From positions 23,387 to 87,386 of the forward strand of contig CAYHDB010000001.1 of NCBI GenBank assembly GCA_964355335.1: DNA of 64,000 nt, given 5' to 3'. Positions 1 to 8,935 of this stretch are shown piece after piece (the first letter of the stretch is position 1; each line of letters opens with the position of its first letter). Position numbers and translations under genes: made by a program. The DNA is from an uncultured Candidatus Saccharibacteria bacterium. Its GTDB lineage: Bacteria > Patescibacteriota > Minisyncoccia > Phycocordibacterales > SIBU01. Under the pieces are notes generated by a model that saw only the letters and a list, made by a program, of their open reading frames with translations, was not told the origin of the DNA and made no database searches.

Positions 1-237
1 TGTCTGCGATACGTCAATTATTGTACATTTCCCAGCTTCTTTCTTGGCAGAAGTGAGATATCTTCCGTCGGTAATAAGATACTGCTTATTCTTTGTGATA
101 AGTAGGTGTGAATCTGAACCCGTAAACCCCGTCAAATATCTTGTCGCAGGTTGTCCTGATTTTTCGTGATTGGGTAGCCAAAAAACATCAGCCTTGTTGG
201 CCGGAAGGAGTTTTCTGATTTTTTGCAATCGGAGACT
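1..237 (-). CDS. Xaa-Pro aminopeptidase (M24 family), N-terminal part only; the rest lies beyond the window edge.
   Basis: Minus-strand translation from the ATG at 237 gives MSLRLQKIRKLLPANKADVFWLPNHEKS...YLTGFTGSDSHLLITKNKQYLITDGRYLTSA. This is the typical creatinase/prolidase N-terminal motif (YLTGFTGS, DGRY). Confidence 0.6.
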
Positions 238-252
238 CATTAGAATAATTCT

Positions 253-340
253 TGGCGGAGGGGGTGAGATTCGAACTCACGGTGCCTTTCGGCACACCGC
301 ATTTCAAGTGCGGCACGTTAGACCACTCTGACACCCCTCC
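253..340 (-). tRNA. tRNA-Ser (anticodon TGA)
   Basis: Reverse complement: GGAGGGG acceptor, anticodon stem CCGCA/TGCGG with loop CTTGAAA, long variable arm TGTGCCGAAAGGCAC, T-arm GTGAG-TTCGAAT-CTCAC, encoded CCA. Confidence 0.85.
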
Positions 341-444
341 CTGTTATCTTTCGCCATAATAGCAAAAAAAGCTTGATTTGCAATAATATTATTATAGATA
401 TCTCGCCACAGAGATTGCAGGTCAAAATGTTGGTTTGAAAATCA

Positions 445-702
445 TTAAACCATCATTCGAAGCATTTCAAGTTCGGAGGCGATAAGAGCCTCGGTGTTTT
501 CTCCGTCCGAAGACATTTTCTGAGAAAGATTATCGAAAAAAGTGGAAGAAGCCTCCTTATCGGTAGCGACAAGCGCAAGAAGCTGGCTCAAATCTTTTTC
601 GGAATGGCGCGTCAGTACTTGTCGGATTCGCTCCTTGTCCTCGCTTGAGCAAGTCGCGAACTCCAAAAGAGTGAAAAGTTTTCCAAGAATTTCGTTTTTC
701 AT
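445..702 (-). CDS. hypothetical small protein
   Basis: An 85-aa ORF with no recognisable motifs. Confidence 0.35.
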   Translation of the reverse strand: MKNEILGKLFTLLEFATCSSEDKERIRQVLTRHSEKDLSQLLALVATDKEASSTFFDNLSQKMSSDGENTEALIASELEMLRMMV

Positions 703-703
703 A

Positions 704-1516
704 TCAGTCTTTTCTCTCCCTAACCACTAAGGAGTCATCTTGCTTTTTTACAATCACACCGGGGTGAACGTTGATTTTTACTTCCCATAGGCCGTCAGGA
801 TTTTTTTTGCTTGTAGATAGTTCGTAAGAATAGAAAGCGCGAGAGTGGACGGTGCCGATATTTTCGTCAAAAGTTTCGGCAATTGACGCCCCGTTTTTGT
901 TATCGGTAGTTTTTGATTCAAGCGACGAGTCACTTTCAACAGTCGTGCCATAAAATCCACTGGCTCCCTCAAGTCCGTTCTGTAGAGCGCTTTCTGGAGT
1001 AGCTCCGAAACCCTTAAACTCCGTTATTTCACCAGTCGGTTGGATGTCGTAATCCGGGGAAATAGCAGAAAGCGCAAAGGCACTACGCACGGAATCGTTC
1101 ATGGAGGCTACTTCGTTTGTTTGCCCTGAGTGTACGGAAGAAAACGTTCCACCTCGGACTATCACTTTTGAAGAACGTTCCGGAAGATTGCCTCTGGTAT
1201 GTTCATTTACACCGGCCGATTCATTCTTTTTGCCGTTAAAGGAACCTCCCTCATCAGAGGAAAAAATATTGCCGAATACAAGATCACCGACTGCCGATTG
1301 TTCATTTCTCTCCGTTATTTTCTTCAAAAGCTCAATGGCTTTTGCATCCAATTTGGCGGGATTGCTTGAGGTACTGAGTTCATTTGTGGCCATACCTACG
1401 AGCGCTTTGGATTCTGGAAACTCCTCTTTAGAACCACTATCGTGACATGTGATTAAGCTTGCCAGGCTGAAAAGCGCGACATATCGGGCTATTTTTTGTG
1501 ATGCTTTTTTTGTCAT
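704..1516 (-). CDS. Hypothetical lipoprotein. The ORF runs to 1852, but the likely start is the Met preceding a lipobox.
   Basis: The internal sequence MTKKASQKIARYVALFSLASLITC looks like a lipoprotein signal peptide with an L-I-T-C lipobox. The rest is Ser/Thr/Gly-rich with no known domain. The upstream part of the ORF overlaps ruvX on the other strand. Confidence 0.4.
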   Translation of the reverse strand: MTKKASQKIARYVALFSLASLITCHDSGSKEEFPESKALVGMATNELSTSSNPAKLDAKAIELLKKITERNEQSAVGDLVFGNIFSSDEGGSFNGKKNESAGVNEHTRGNLPERSSKVIVRGGTFSSVHSGQTNEVASMNDSVRSAFALSAISPDYDIQPTGEITEFKGFGATPESALQNGLEGASGFYGTTVESDSSLESKTTDNKNGASIAETFDENIGTVHSRAFYSYELSTSKKNPDGLWEVKINVHPGVIVKKQDDSLVVRERKD

Positions 1517-1731
1517 CGAGCCGATTTTTTCTCGGAGTAGTGTCGATAATTGCGAGGCTTCGCTTTCGGCAAGCATTTCAATCCCTTTTTTTGGAGATGT
1601 TTCGGTCTTTGAATAAGCTGTACTTATGTCAGGTATTTCTTTCATATGGTTTAGTATAACAAACGACACTTCGGAGGCAACATGTTCAACGGTTACTTTT
1701 TTTAATGATTGTCGCGTGTATAATGTCTCAT

Positions 1732-2169
1732 ATGCGTTATTTGGGTATTGATTATGGGTCAAAGCGGGTAGGGGTGGCGGTTTCAGATGAGGAAGGGAAG
1801 TTCGCCCTGCCTTTATTGGTGTTGAAAAATGATTCAGAGCTTCTCTCCTCATTAAAAAAGATAATCACTGACAAAGTTGTCGGGACCGTTGTCTTGGGGG
1901 AATCAAAGAACTTTAAAGGCGAGGATAATGTTATTATGTCTGATATCCGAAAGTTTAAGGATGTGTTGGAAAAAGAAATTTGTCTATCAGTGTTTCTTGA
2001 GCCGGAGTTTATGACTTCTTCAGGGGCACATCGTATGAACGAATTTGATAAAGAGCAAAGTAGAAAATCCGGTATTCGTTTACGAAAACCTGTGACTCGC
2101 AATGCTATGCTAGATGCGTCTGCTGCAGCGATTATTTTACAAGCATTTTTGGATAAAAATAAATCATGA
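1732..2169 (+). CDS. ruvX: Holliday junction resolvase-like protein RuvX/YqgF
   Basis: MRYLGIDYGSKRVGVAVSD is the classic YqgF N-terminus. Length about 146 aa. Confidence 0.85.
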   Translation: MRYLGIDYGSKRVGVAVSDEEGKFALPLLVLKNDSELLSSLKKIITDKVVGTVVLGESKNFKGEDNVIMSDIRKFKDVLEKEICLSVFLEPEFMTSSGAHRMNEFDKEQSRKSGIRLRKPVTRNAMLDASAAAIILQAFLDKNKS

Positions 2170-2609
2170 TTTCTTTTGACGATTTTAAAAAGGTGGAAAT
2201 AACGGTGGGGAAAATATTTTCCGCCGAAAAAGTGCAGGAGACGGATAAACTTTTAAAGCTCTCGGTGGACTTTGGTGCGAAGCAAAATCCCTCCACGCTT
2301 CAGAAAGCGGTGCTCCCTTTAGAAAAGGGAGAACAGGTAGATGTCACCACCCCTCAAATCCCCTCCTTAGAAAAGGAGGGGAGGCAAGAAGAAAGAGATG
2401 TTCGCCAGATTGTTTCAGGAATCTCCGCGTACTTCCCAGACCCTGCTGTTTTGGTGGGGAAGAAGTGTATGTTTGTCACAAATCTTGAACCACGTACAAT
2501 TCGCGGACTTGAGAGTAATGGTATGCTTTTTGCTGTATCGACTGAAGACGGTAAGTTTTCGTTGCTTGAACCTCAGGGAGATATTCCGGAGGGAACGAAA
2601 GCTAAGTAA
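2166..2609 (+). CDS. Stand-alone tRNA-binding domain protein (CsaA/Trbp111-like, resembling the MetRS C-terminal domain)
   Basis: KVEITVGKI...MFVTNLEPRTIRGLESNGMLFAV...GDIPEGTKA is an OB-fold tRNA-binding-domain signature. The ATGA overlap with ruvX suggests an operon. Confidence 0.7.
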   Translation: MISFDDFKKVEITVGKIFSAEKVQETDKLLKLSVDFGAKQNPSTLQKAVLPLEKGEQVDVTTPQIPSLEKEGRQEERDVRQIVSGISAYFPDPAVLVGKKCMFVTNLEPRTIRGLESNGMLFAVSTEDGKFSLLEPQGDIPEGTKAK

Positions 2610-2610
2610 T

Positions 2611-2712
2611 TTCTAATCGTCTAATTTCTAATTCACCTAATAAAATGCCAAAATTAGAATTTTTTGAATTAGGAATTTTATTAGAAATTAGGTGAATTAG
2701 GTAATTAGAAGT
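2611..2712. repeat. Intergenic palindromic word repeat, family 1 (ctaatttctaatt / aattagaaattag)
   Basis: taatttctaattcacctaataaaat ... attttattagaaattaggtgaattag is a near-perfect inverted repeat. The same word set recurs at 35507-35627. Confidence 0.8.
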
Positions 2713-2714
2713 TT

Positions 2715-3326
2715 ATGTCCATTTTTGAACTTATCGATCCTCTTTTTTTAGTAAAAACCCTTGGAACTGTCGGCGTCATTGCCATTATTTTTGCCGAGTC
2801 CGGTTTGTTTTTCGGATTCTTCCTTCCCGGGGATTCTTTGTTGTTTACCGCAGGACTTCTCTCTTCTCAAGGATATTTGAGTTTTTGGCCGTTATTGCTC
2901 GGGTCTGTCGTGGCGGCGATTTTGGGTGATTCAGTAGGCTATGCCTTTGGAAAAAAGATAGGGCCGAAGATATTTACGAAAGAGGATTCTTTTTTCTTCA
3001 AAAAAGCATATATTGAGCGAACCAAGATTTTCTACGAGAAGCACGGCAAGAAAACTATTGTACTTGCTCGTTTTGTCCCGATTGTCAGAACATTCGCTCC
3101 GATTCTGGCCGGGGTAGGGGGTATGGAGTACAAGACTTTTCTATCTTTCAATGTAATAGGGGGTGTATGTTGGAGCGCAGGTCTCATCGTATTGGGGTTT
3201 GTGCTGGGGCGCACGATTCCTGATGTTGACCGATATATTTTGCCTATTGTCCTTGCGATAATTGTCATTTCAATGATTCCGAATGTCGTCGAGTTTTTGC
3301 GTTCCCGCAACTCCACAAGTAAATAA
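2715..3326 (+). CDS. DedA/VTT-domain membrane protein
   Basis: ESGLFFGFFLPGDSLLFTAG...VLARFVPIVRTFAPILAG is a DedA family signature. Confidence 0.85.
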   Translation: MSIFELIDPLFLVKTLGTVGVIAIIFAESGLFFGFFLPGDSLLFTAGLLSSQGYLSFWPLLLGSVVAAILGDSVGYAFGKKIGPKIFTKEDSFFFKKAYIERTKIFYEKHGKKTIVLARFVPIVRTFAPILAGVGGMEYKTFLSFNVIGGVCWSAGLIVLGFVLGRTIPDVDRYILPIVLAIIVISMIPNVVEFLRSRNSTSK

Positions 3327-3363
3327 CTTTGGGCATCTACAACCAGCATAGTATAATAACAGT

Positions 3364-4473
3364 ATGATTTTATCGTCACCTCCTGACGTAAAAAAACAAC
3401 CGAAGAATTTCTTTGCGGAATTTTTCCCAGTACCAAAACTTTTGGAAATGCGTCCCGCAGGGCTTGCCATTACAGAGAGGTACGTGCACGCTGTTGAGTT
3501 TACAAAAAAAGGTTCGAGGCTATCCTTGGGCAGATTTGGTGTAAGAAGTATCCCCGAGGGCGTCATCAAAGAAGGATATGTCAATGACAAGCAGGTCGTG
3601 ATAGATTTGCTGATTTCTTTGCGTGCTGAAATCGGAATAGAGTATGTCAGCGTTGCCTTACCGGAAGAAAAGGCTTATTTGTTCAAGACTGAGGTGCCAA
3701 AAATAGCAAAGGACAATATTCGTGAAGCTTTGGAGTTGCGCCTGGAGGAAAATGTGCCGGTGCCCGCAGCCGAAGCCGTTTTTGATTATATGGTTATACC
3801 AAACGAGGCCGAGGGCGAGAGTGTCGATGTGAGCGTTGCGGTATTGCCACTTAAGGTGGTGACTACTTATCTGGACATTATAAAGTCGGCAGGCCTTATT
3901 CCTGTCTCCTTCGGAGTAGAGGCTTCAGCACTTTCTCGGGCGGTAATACCCGATGGAGACCTGGGTACCTTCATGATTGTGAATATCGGAGAAACTAGTA
4001 CCGGTCTTTCGATAATAAGCCGAGGCGCGGTTCAGTTTAGCACCACTGTTCCTATGGGAGGAGATGCGTTGACTCTTGCTTTGCAAAAACATTTTTCAGT
4101 GGGACCTGCTGAGGCAAAGAAAATAAAAGAAGAAAGGGGTTTTGTGAAAAGCAAGGAAAATATGGAGCTTTTCTTTTCCTTGATGAATACGGTTTCAGCT
4201 ATCAAGGACGAGATGAATAAATTGCTTATCTATTGGCAAACGCACAAGGCCGGTCCGGGTGTTGCTGGAGCAGAATTGAAAAAAATCATTCTTTGCGGTA
4301 AAGATGCCAACCTGGCGGGTTTTGACGAGTATCTGTCCGCGACAATGAAGGTGTCGGTTGAGGTCGGAAATGTGTGGAGAAATGCCTTTAATTCAGGAGA
4401 TAAGGTGCCTGCGATATCCTTTGTCGATTCGTTGGATTATGCGAGTGCAATCGGACTTGCGTTGCCGGAGTAA
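3364..4473 (+). CDS. pilM: type IV pilus assembly protein PilM-like (actin-like ATPase fold)
   Basis: The 369-aa product has PilM-like length and composition. It is followed directly by PilN- and PilO-like bitopic proteins. Confidence 0.6.
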   Translation: MILSSPPDVKKQPKNFFAEFFPVPKLLEMRPAGLAITERYVHAVEFTKKGSRLSLGRFGVRSIPEGVIKEGYVNDKQVVIDLLISLRAEIGIEYVSVALPEEKAYLFKTEVPKIAKDNIREALELRLEENVPVPAAEAVFDYMVIPNEAEGESVDVSVAVLPLKVVTTYLDIIKSAGLIPVSFGVEASALSRAVIPDGDLGTFMIVNIGETSTGLSIISRGAVQFSTTVPMGGDALTLALQKHFSVGPAEAKKIKEERGFVKSKENMELFFSLMNTVSAIKDEMNKLLIYWQTHKAGPGVAGAELKKIILCGKDANLAGFDEYLSATMKVSVEVGNVWRNAFNSGDKVPAISFVDSLDYASAIGLALPE

Positions 4474-4486
4474 TTGCAAATAGCAA

Positions 4487-5023
4487 ATGTTTAACCTGCT
4501 TCCAAATCAAGAAAAAAAGTTGAGAGAAAGAGAGTATCGTCTTCGGCTTGTGACGGTCAGCCTTCTTTTGTTCGGTGCTCTAGGTACTATTGCATCCGTT
4601 CTTCTTATCCCGTCTTTTGTAGTGTCGTCACAAAAGGAGAAGTTGGCGATTTTGGAAAATGAGAGTCTCAAAAAGGAGATTGCTTCACGTTCGCAGGACA
4701 ATCTGTCGGAAATCCTTAAGGTTGCCGGCGATCAGGTCAAGGCTCTTGATGTCGGTTCCAGAATCCCGTACGGGTTTGAACTGGTGTCCGATGTGGTCTC
4801 AAGTAAAACATTCAAAATAAAACTTTACGGTATGGATATTTCCAGAAGCGAGGATGCGAAAAGGGTTGTGAAGCTGACCGGGAGAGCGAGCGATCGAGAA
4901 GCCCTACTTTCCTTTGCTAGGATTTTGGAAAAGGGCACTAATTTTTCAAGAGTCGACGTTCCTGTCTCAAATTTTGCTGACGAGTCAAATATTGATTTCT
5001 TCATTTCTTTGAACGTAAAATGA
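4487..5023 (+). CDS. pilN: PilN-like bitopic membrane protein
   Basis: N-terminal short cytoplasmic tail, then a single TM (LVTVSLLLFGALGTIASVLLIPSFVV), then a coiled-coil. Sits between the pilM-like and pilO-like genes. Confidence 0.55.
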   Translation: MFNLLPNQEKKLREREYRLRLVTVSLLLFGALGTIASVLLIPSFVVSSQKEKLAILENESLKKEIASRSQDNLSEILKVAGDQVKALDVGSRIPYGFELVSDVVSSKTFKIKLYGMDISRSEDAKRVVKLTGRASDREALLSFARILEKGTNFSRVDVPVSNFADESNIDFFISLNVK

Positions 5024-5607
5024 AATTTTTTGAAACAAAAACTTCTTCAAGCACAACAGTAAAAGTATTTTACTTGTCTGTTTTTTGGGCGATTTTTATT
5101 ATTGTCATTTACGGTTTTGCTTTTTTGAAATTGGTGGGCCAGAACGAACGAACCTCTATCCTGGTCCTGGATACTGAAAATCTGACAAAAGAGAAGGTTA
5201 CTTTACTTACGCTGAAGGGGCAGGCCGTCGAGACTACGACTGCCAGAAAAAAACTCGCAGATTATTTCATTCCCCGAGATGGTGTGGTCACTTTTTTGAA
5301 TAACATTCAGGATTTGGGTAGAAGTAATAACGTTGAATTGAAAGTTGACTCTGTTCTTGTCGAAGACGAGAGTGGTTCCCCGGAACAATTTGAATATTTG
5401 AAGCTTGCAATAACAGGGTCGGGTACGTGGACTGATGTGTACCGATTTGAATCTCTTGTGGAGCTTATTCCATACAAAGTGATTGTCGATAATGTTCGTT
5501 TTGAGAAAAAACAACCCGAAGGCGATTCTGGCACTACGTCGAAGGGGAAATCCGTCGATGCAGGATGGAGGGTGAAGCTTGAGCTTAGAGTTTTGAAGTT
5601 AAAATAA
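5020..5607 (+). CDS. pilO: PilO-like bitopic membrane protein
   Basis: A single N-terminal TM followed by a periplasmic domain. Shares a 4-nt overlap with pilN. Confidence 0.5.
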   Translation: MKFFETKTSSSTTVKVFYLSVFWAIFIIVIYGFAFLKLVGQNERTSILVLDTENLTKEKVTLLTLKGQAVETTTARKKLADYFIPRDGVVTFLNNIQDLGRSNNVELKVDSVLVEDESGSPEQFEYLKLAITGSGTWTDVYRFESLVELIPYKVIVDNVRFEKKQPEGDSGTTSKGKSVDAGWRVKLELRVLKLK

Positions 5608-5614
5608 AAAATAC

Positions 5615-5944
5615 ATGAAATTTGCAAATCAAATAACCAAATGGTGGAGCGGTGGTGACGGAAGGGGGGCTCGTCGAACACATGAGGAAAGGGTGGTCTT
5701 GCACTGGGGGATACTATTAAGCGCATTTTCCGCTATTTTAATCTTCGTTTTTGCTTCCGGATATTTCATTTTTCGCAATATCGAGAGTGGGGGATTTTCT
5801 TCGGTGGGAATAAAAGCGGGAGCAGAGGAGCAAAGGGTTACGACGGCGCTACTGGAAAAAACCGTGAGTTATTTCGAGACGAAGAGGGTGACGTTTGATC
5901 AGGTGTTGAATGGGCGAGTCAGGTTCGGAGATCCTTCGCTCTGA
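5615..5944 (+). CDS. hypothetical membrane protein
   Basis: A 109-aa product with one TM helix, last gene in the pil cluster. Confidence 0.4.
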   Translation: MKFANQITKWWSGGDGRGARRTHEERVVLHWGILLSAFSAILIFVFASGYFIFRNIESGGFSSVGIKAGAEEQRVTTALLEKTVSYFETKRVTFDQVLNGRVRFGDPSL

Positions 5945-6019
5945 TTTGGAAAAAACTAGACAACTTCCGTTTTTCGCTTTTTTAGTGTAAGTTTATTGTT
6001 CCCGTGTATGGAAATGAAT

Positions 6020-6091
6020 GCCCTCGTAGTTTAATGGATAGAACTGTGGACTTCTAAGCCACTAATGGGTGTTCGATTCACCCCGAGGGCA
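6020..6091 (+). tRNA. tRNA-Arg (anticodon TCT)
   Basis: Acceptor GCCCTCG/CGAGGGC, anticodon loop CTTCTAA, T-loop TTCGATT. Confidence 0.85.
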
Positions 6092-6142
6092 CAACATAAA
6101 GCCAGTGTCTAAAGGTTTCCAAAAAACCTTTGAGTTTCTTGT

Positions 6143-6218
6143 TGGTGCGCGCTGAGGGACTTGAACCCCCGACCTTTCGCGTGTAAAGCGATTGCTCTAC
6201 CAACTGAGCTAAGCGCGC
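6143..6218 (-). tRNA. tRNA-Val (anticodon TAC)
   Basis: Reverse complement GCGCGCTTAGCTCAGTTGGTAGAGC...TTTACAC...GGGGGTTCAAGTCCCTCAGCGCGCACC. Anticodon TAC, encoded CC. Confidence 0.85.
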
Positions 6219-6267
6219 GACAAGCTTATTTATACACTAATAAATAAGGGGATTCAAGGTGTGAATA

Positions 6268-6984
6268 ATGAACCGTTGTCAATCATTCTGTATATGTTAC
6301 ACTCTACCTGTGAAAATACCTGAAAAAGAATTGGCGCGATCCTTGCGAAAGCAAGGCAAATCGATAAATCAGATTGTAAGAGAAGCGGGTCTTGTAAAAT
6401 CAAGCGTAAGTTTGTGGGTTCGAGATATTGTTCTTACAAAAAAACAAAAGATGACACTGTCGGAAAAAGGTAGAAGTGTAGAATCTGTAGAAAAAAGAAG
6501 AGTTAATCGTTTGGATAACGAGCAAAGGAAGAGGCAGATTATAATCGATAAAGCAAAAGAGGATTTTACCAATATTTCTCACGAGCAGCTAAAATTGATC
6601 GGGACCATGCTTTATTGGGGGGAGGGAGGTAAAACAGGTAATTGGACGGTTCGCGTGGCCAACAGTGACCCTGTACTTATTAAGGTTATGATGAGATTTT
6701 TTAGGGAGGTTTGTGGGGTCGCGGAACATAAGTTCCGTGTTCACATTCACACGTTTGAGAATGCGGACGTGGATAAGACTGAAAAGTATTGGTCTCAGGT
6801 TAGTGGAATACCTCGAAAGCAATTTTATAAGACATATACAAAGCCAAGTATCGCAGGTTTGCAAAAAAGGAAAACTCTACCGTTTGGGACTGTCGATATT
6901 TATGTGCATAGCACACAGCTCTTCTTAACAATCAAGGGTTGGATTGAGAAAATAAGGGAGTTGATAATTTGGAAAGCGATATAA
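6268..6984 (+). CDS. Hypothetical protein with an N-terminal HTH and a possible LAGLIDADG-like homing-endonuclease-type domain
   Basis: The N-terminus LARSLRKQGKSINQIVREAGLVKSSVSLWVRDI is HTH-like. LIGTMLYWGEGGKTGNW resembles the LAGLIDADG motif (LAGFIDGDG). The gene lies next to two tRNA genes. Confidence 0.35.
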   Translation: MNRCQSFCICYTLPVKIPEKELARSLRKQGKSINQIVREAGLVKSSVSLWVRDIVLTKKQKMTLSEKGRSVESVEKRRVNRLDNEQRKRQIIIDKAKEDFTNISHEQLKLIGTMLYWGEGGKTGNWTVRVANSDPVLIKVMMRFFREVCGVAEHKFRVHIHTFENADVDKTEKYWSQVSGIPRKQFYKTYTKPSIAGLQKRKTLPFGTVDIYVHSTQLFLTIKGWIEKIRELIIWKAI

Positions 6985-7035
6985 GAAATCATCTAGTTTC
7001 TGTATGTTCACCTTTTGCTATATAATAGTGTCGCT

Positions 7036-7332
7036 ATGTTACGTCAACTTGAATGTATTATATCTGGCCGAGTCCAAGGGATGATGTACCGAGATTTTGC
7101 TAAACGAAAGGCAAGAGGTTTGGACCTGGTCGGTATCGTGGAAAATCTGCCGGACGGAACTGTTCACGTGATAGCTCAGGGAGGTGAAGTGGAGTTGGAA
7201 CATTATCTGGGTCTGCTGAAGAGAGGCAGTATATTTTCTCGAGTGGATGCTATAGATGAGAATTGGACAAACGCAGAGCAGGCGTACAATGATTTTCAGA
7301 TTAAGTATCGCGACTTGTCTGACCGACTTTAA
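7036..7332 (+). CDS. acyP: acylphosphatase
   Basis: ISGRVQGMMYRDFA...GIVENLPDGTVHVIAQG is the acylphosphatase signature. Confidence 0.8.
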   Translation: MLRQLECIISGRVQGMMYRDFAKRKARGLDLVGIVENLPDGTVHVIAQGGEVELEHYLGLLKRGSIFSRVDAIDENWTNAEQAYNDFQIKYRDLSDRL

Positions 7333-7336
7333 AATT

Positions 7337-8005
7337 ATGACTCCAAAATGCATAGGTATAATCATGGACGGTAATCGCCGGTGGGCGAAATCCAGAAGCT
7401 TGCCGACTTTGGAAGGACATAGACGTGGGTACGAAAAGCTAAAGGAAGTTTTTCGTTGGGCGAAAGATGCTGAATTGACCCATGTTATTGTCTATGCACT
7501 TTCTACAGAGAATTGGAATAGATCAAAAGAAGAAGTTTCATATTTGTTGGATTTGTTTCGCATGGTACTGACAGCCGAGCTTGAGACATTTAAAAAAGAA
7601 GGAGGAAAAATAATCTGCATAGGTCAGAGGGATAGATTCCCTGAAGATATTCAGAAAATGATGGACAAAGCTGAGCAGGAGACCGCCTTATTCCAAGGTC
7701 CGACTTTGGTACTGGCTCTTTCTTATGGAGGAAGAGCGGAAATCGTTGCTGCGGCCAATAAAGCAATGGTCAATGGTGTAATAACCGAAAAATCTTTCTC
7801 CGATTCATTGTGGACGAATGGCATTCCTGACCCGGATTTGATAATACGAACAGGAGGGGAGATGAGGCTTTCAGGGTTTCTTCCTTGGCAGTCGGTGTAC
7901 AGTGAATTATTTTTTACTAAAACACTGTGGCCGGATTTTGACGAAGTGGAGTTTAAGAAAATGATGTCGGATTTTTCCGAGCGTGACCGGAGAAACGGTA
8001 AATGA
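7337..8005 (+). CDS. uppS: isoprenyl transferase / undecaprenyl diphosphate synthase
   Basis: HIGIIMDGNRRWA...VYALSTENWNRS...IRTGGEMRLSGFLPWQS are the UPPS motifs. Confidence 0.9.
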   Translation: MTPKCIGIIMDGNRRWAKSRSLPTLEGHRRGYEKLKEVFRWAKDAELTHVIVYALSTENWNRSKEEVSYLLDLFRMVLTAELETFKKEGGKIICIGQRDRFPEDIQKMMDKAEQETALFQGPTLVLALSYGGRAEIVAAANKAMVNGVITEKSFSDSLWTNGIPDPDLIIRTGGEMRLSGFLPWQSVYSELFFTKTLWPDFDEVEFKKMMSDFSERDRRNGK

Positions 8006-8080
8006 CCAATCACCAATAACTGAATTACTGAATAACCATAGTTGCATTCGTGGTCATTCAGTTATAAGTTATTCAGTAAT
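8006..8080. repeat. Palindromic word repeat, family 2 (ctgaattac / ttattcagtaa)
   Basis: ctgaattactgaataacc...cattcagttataagttattcagtaa. The same word set recurs at 47447-47548 and 60095-60186. Confidence 0.8.
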
Positions 8081-8908
8081 ATGTTATCAGTTCCAGTATT
8101 GTACGAAGATAGTGATGTTTTGGCTGTAAACAAGCCTGCCGGTCTTATCGTACATTCTGACGGTAAGACAAAGGAACCAGCGCTGACGGATTGGATTTTG
8201 GAGAATTATCCCGATATCAAGGGGGTTGGAGAACCCATGAGAATAGAATCAAGAATAAAGAATCAAGAATCAGGAATAAAAAACAAATCAGATTCTTCTC
8301 CAGATCTTGATTCTAGATTCGTGATTCGTGATTCTACCCAGATCGATCGACCAGGAATCGTACATCGCTTGGACCGAGAGACATCCGGCGTTTTGGTGAT
8401 TGCAAAAAATCAAAAGGCTTTTGAGGTTCTGAAAAAGCAATTTCAGGAACGGGAGATGGAAAAAACTTATCGGGCGTTTGTGTATGGAGAAATGAAGAAT
8501 GACTCTGGAATTATCGACCGACCAATCGCTCGAAGTACAGGAGATTTTCGAAAATGGACTGCGGAGCGGGGCAAGAGGGGAGAAGAACGTGAGGCGGTGA
8601 CGGAATATAAAGTGCTTGCCCGATATAACGGTTTTTCTTTTCTCGATGTCCATCCTAAAACTGGCAGGACTCATCAAATCCGTGTTCATCTTAAGGCCAT
8701 AAGTCACCCGATTGTATGCGATAAACTTTATGCTTCCAAAAAAGAATGCGCGTTGGGATTTTCTCGTCTTGCTTTGCACGCATTCTCTCTCAAGTTCAAG
8801 CTACCTAGTGGTAAGGAAATGACGGTAGAAGCACCGTATCCGGAGGATTTCAAAAATGCTATAAAAAGTTTCGATTCCAGCCTCTCTGATAGGCGAGTTG
8901 AATCTTAA
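8081..8908 (+). CDS. RluA-family pseudouridine synthase carrying an in-frame repeat-encoded insertion
   Basis: VLAVNKPAGLIVH...GIVHRLDRETSGVLVIAK...HQIRVHL are the RluA motifs. An extra segment of about 32 aa (ESRIKNQESGIKNKSDSSPDLDSRFVIRDSTQID) is encoded by a palindromic gaatcaag/gattc word repeat. Confidence 0.8.
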   Translation: MLSVPVLYEDSDVLAVNKPAGLIVHSDGKTKEPALTDWILENYPDIKGVGEPMRIESRIKNQESGIKNKSDSSPDLDSRFVIRDSTQIDRPGIVHRLDRETSGVLVIAKNQKAFEVLKKQFQEREMEKTYRAFVYGEMKNDSGIIDRPIARSTGDFRKWTAERGKRGEEREAVTEYKVLARYNGFSFLDVHPKTGRTHQIRVHLKAISHPIVCDKLYASKKECALGFSRLALHAFSLKFKLPSGKEMTVEAPYPEDFKNAIKSFDSSLSDRRVES

Positions 8909-8935
8909 ATCTACTTGTGTTAGAGTACTCCCACT

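Noticed and set aside
1101-1445. A plus-strand 114-aa ORF.
   Set aside because: It is antisense to the lipoprotein gene and Ser/Pro-rich in the way of shadow ORFs.
3032-3590. Minus-strand ORFs overlapping the 3' end of dedA and the pilM start.
   Set aside because: They are shadow ORFs opposite strongly supported genes.
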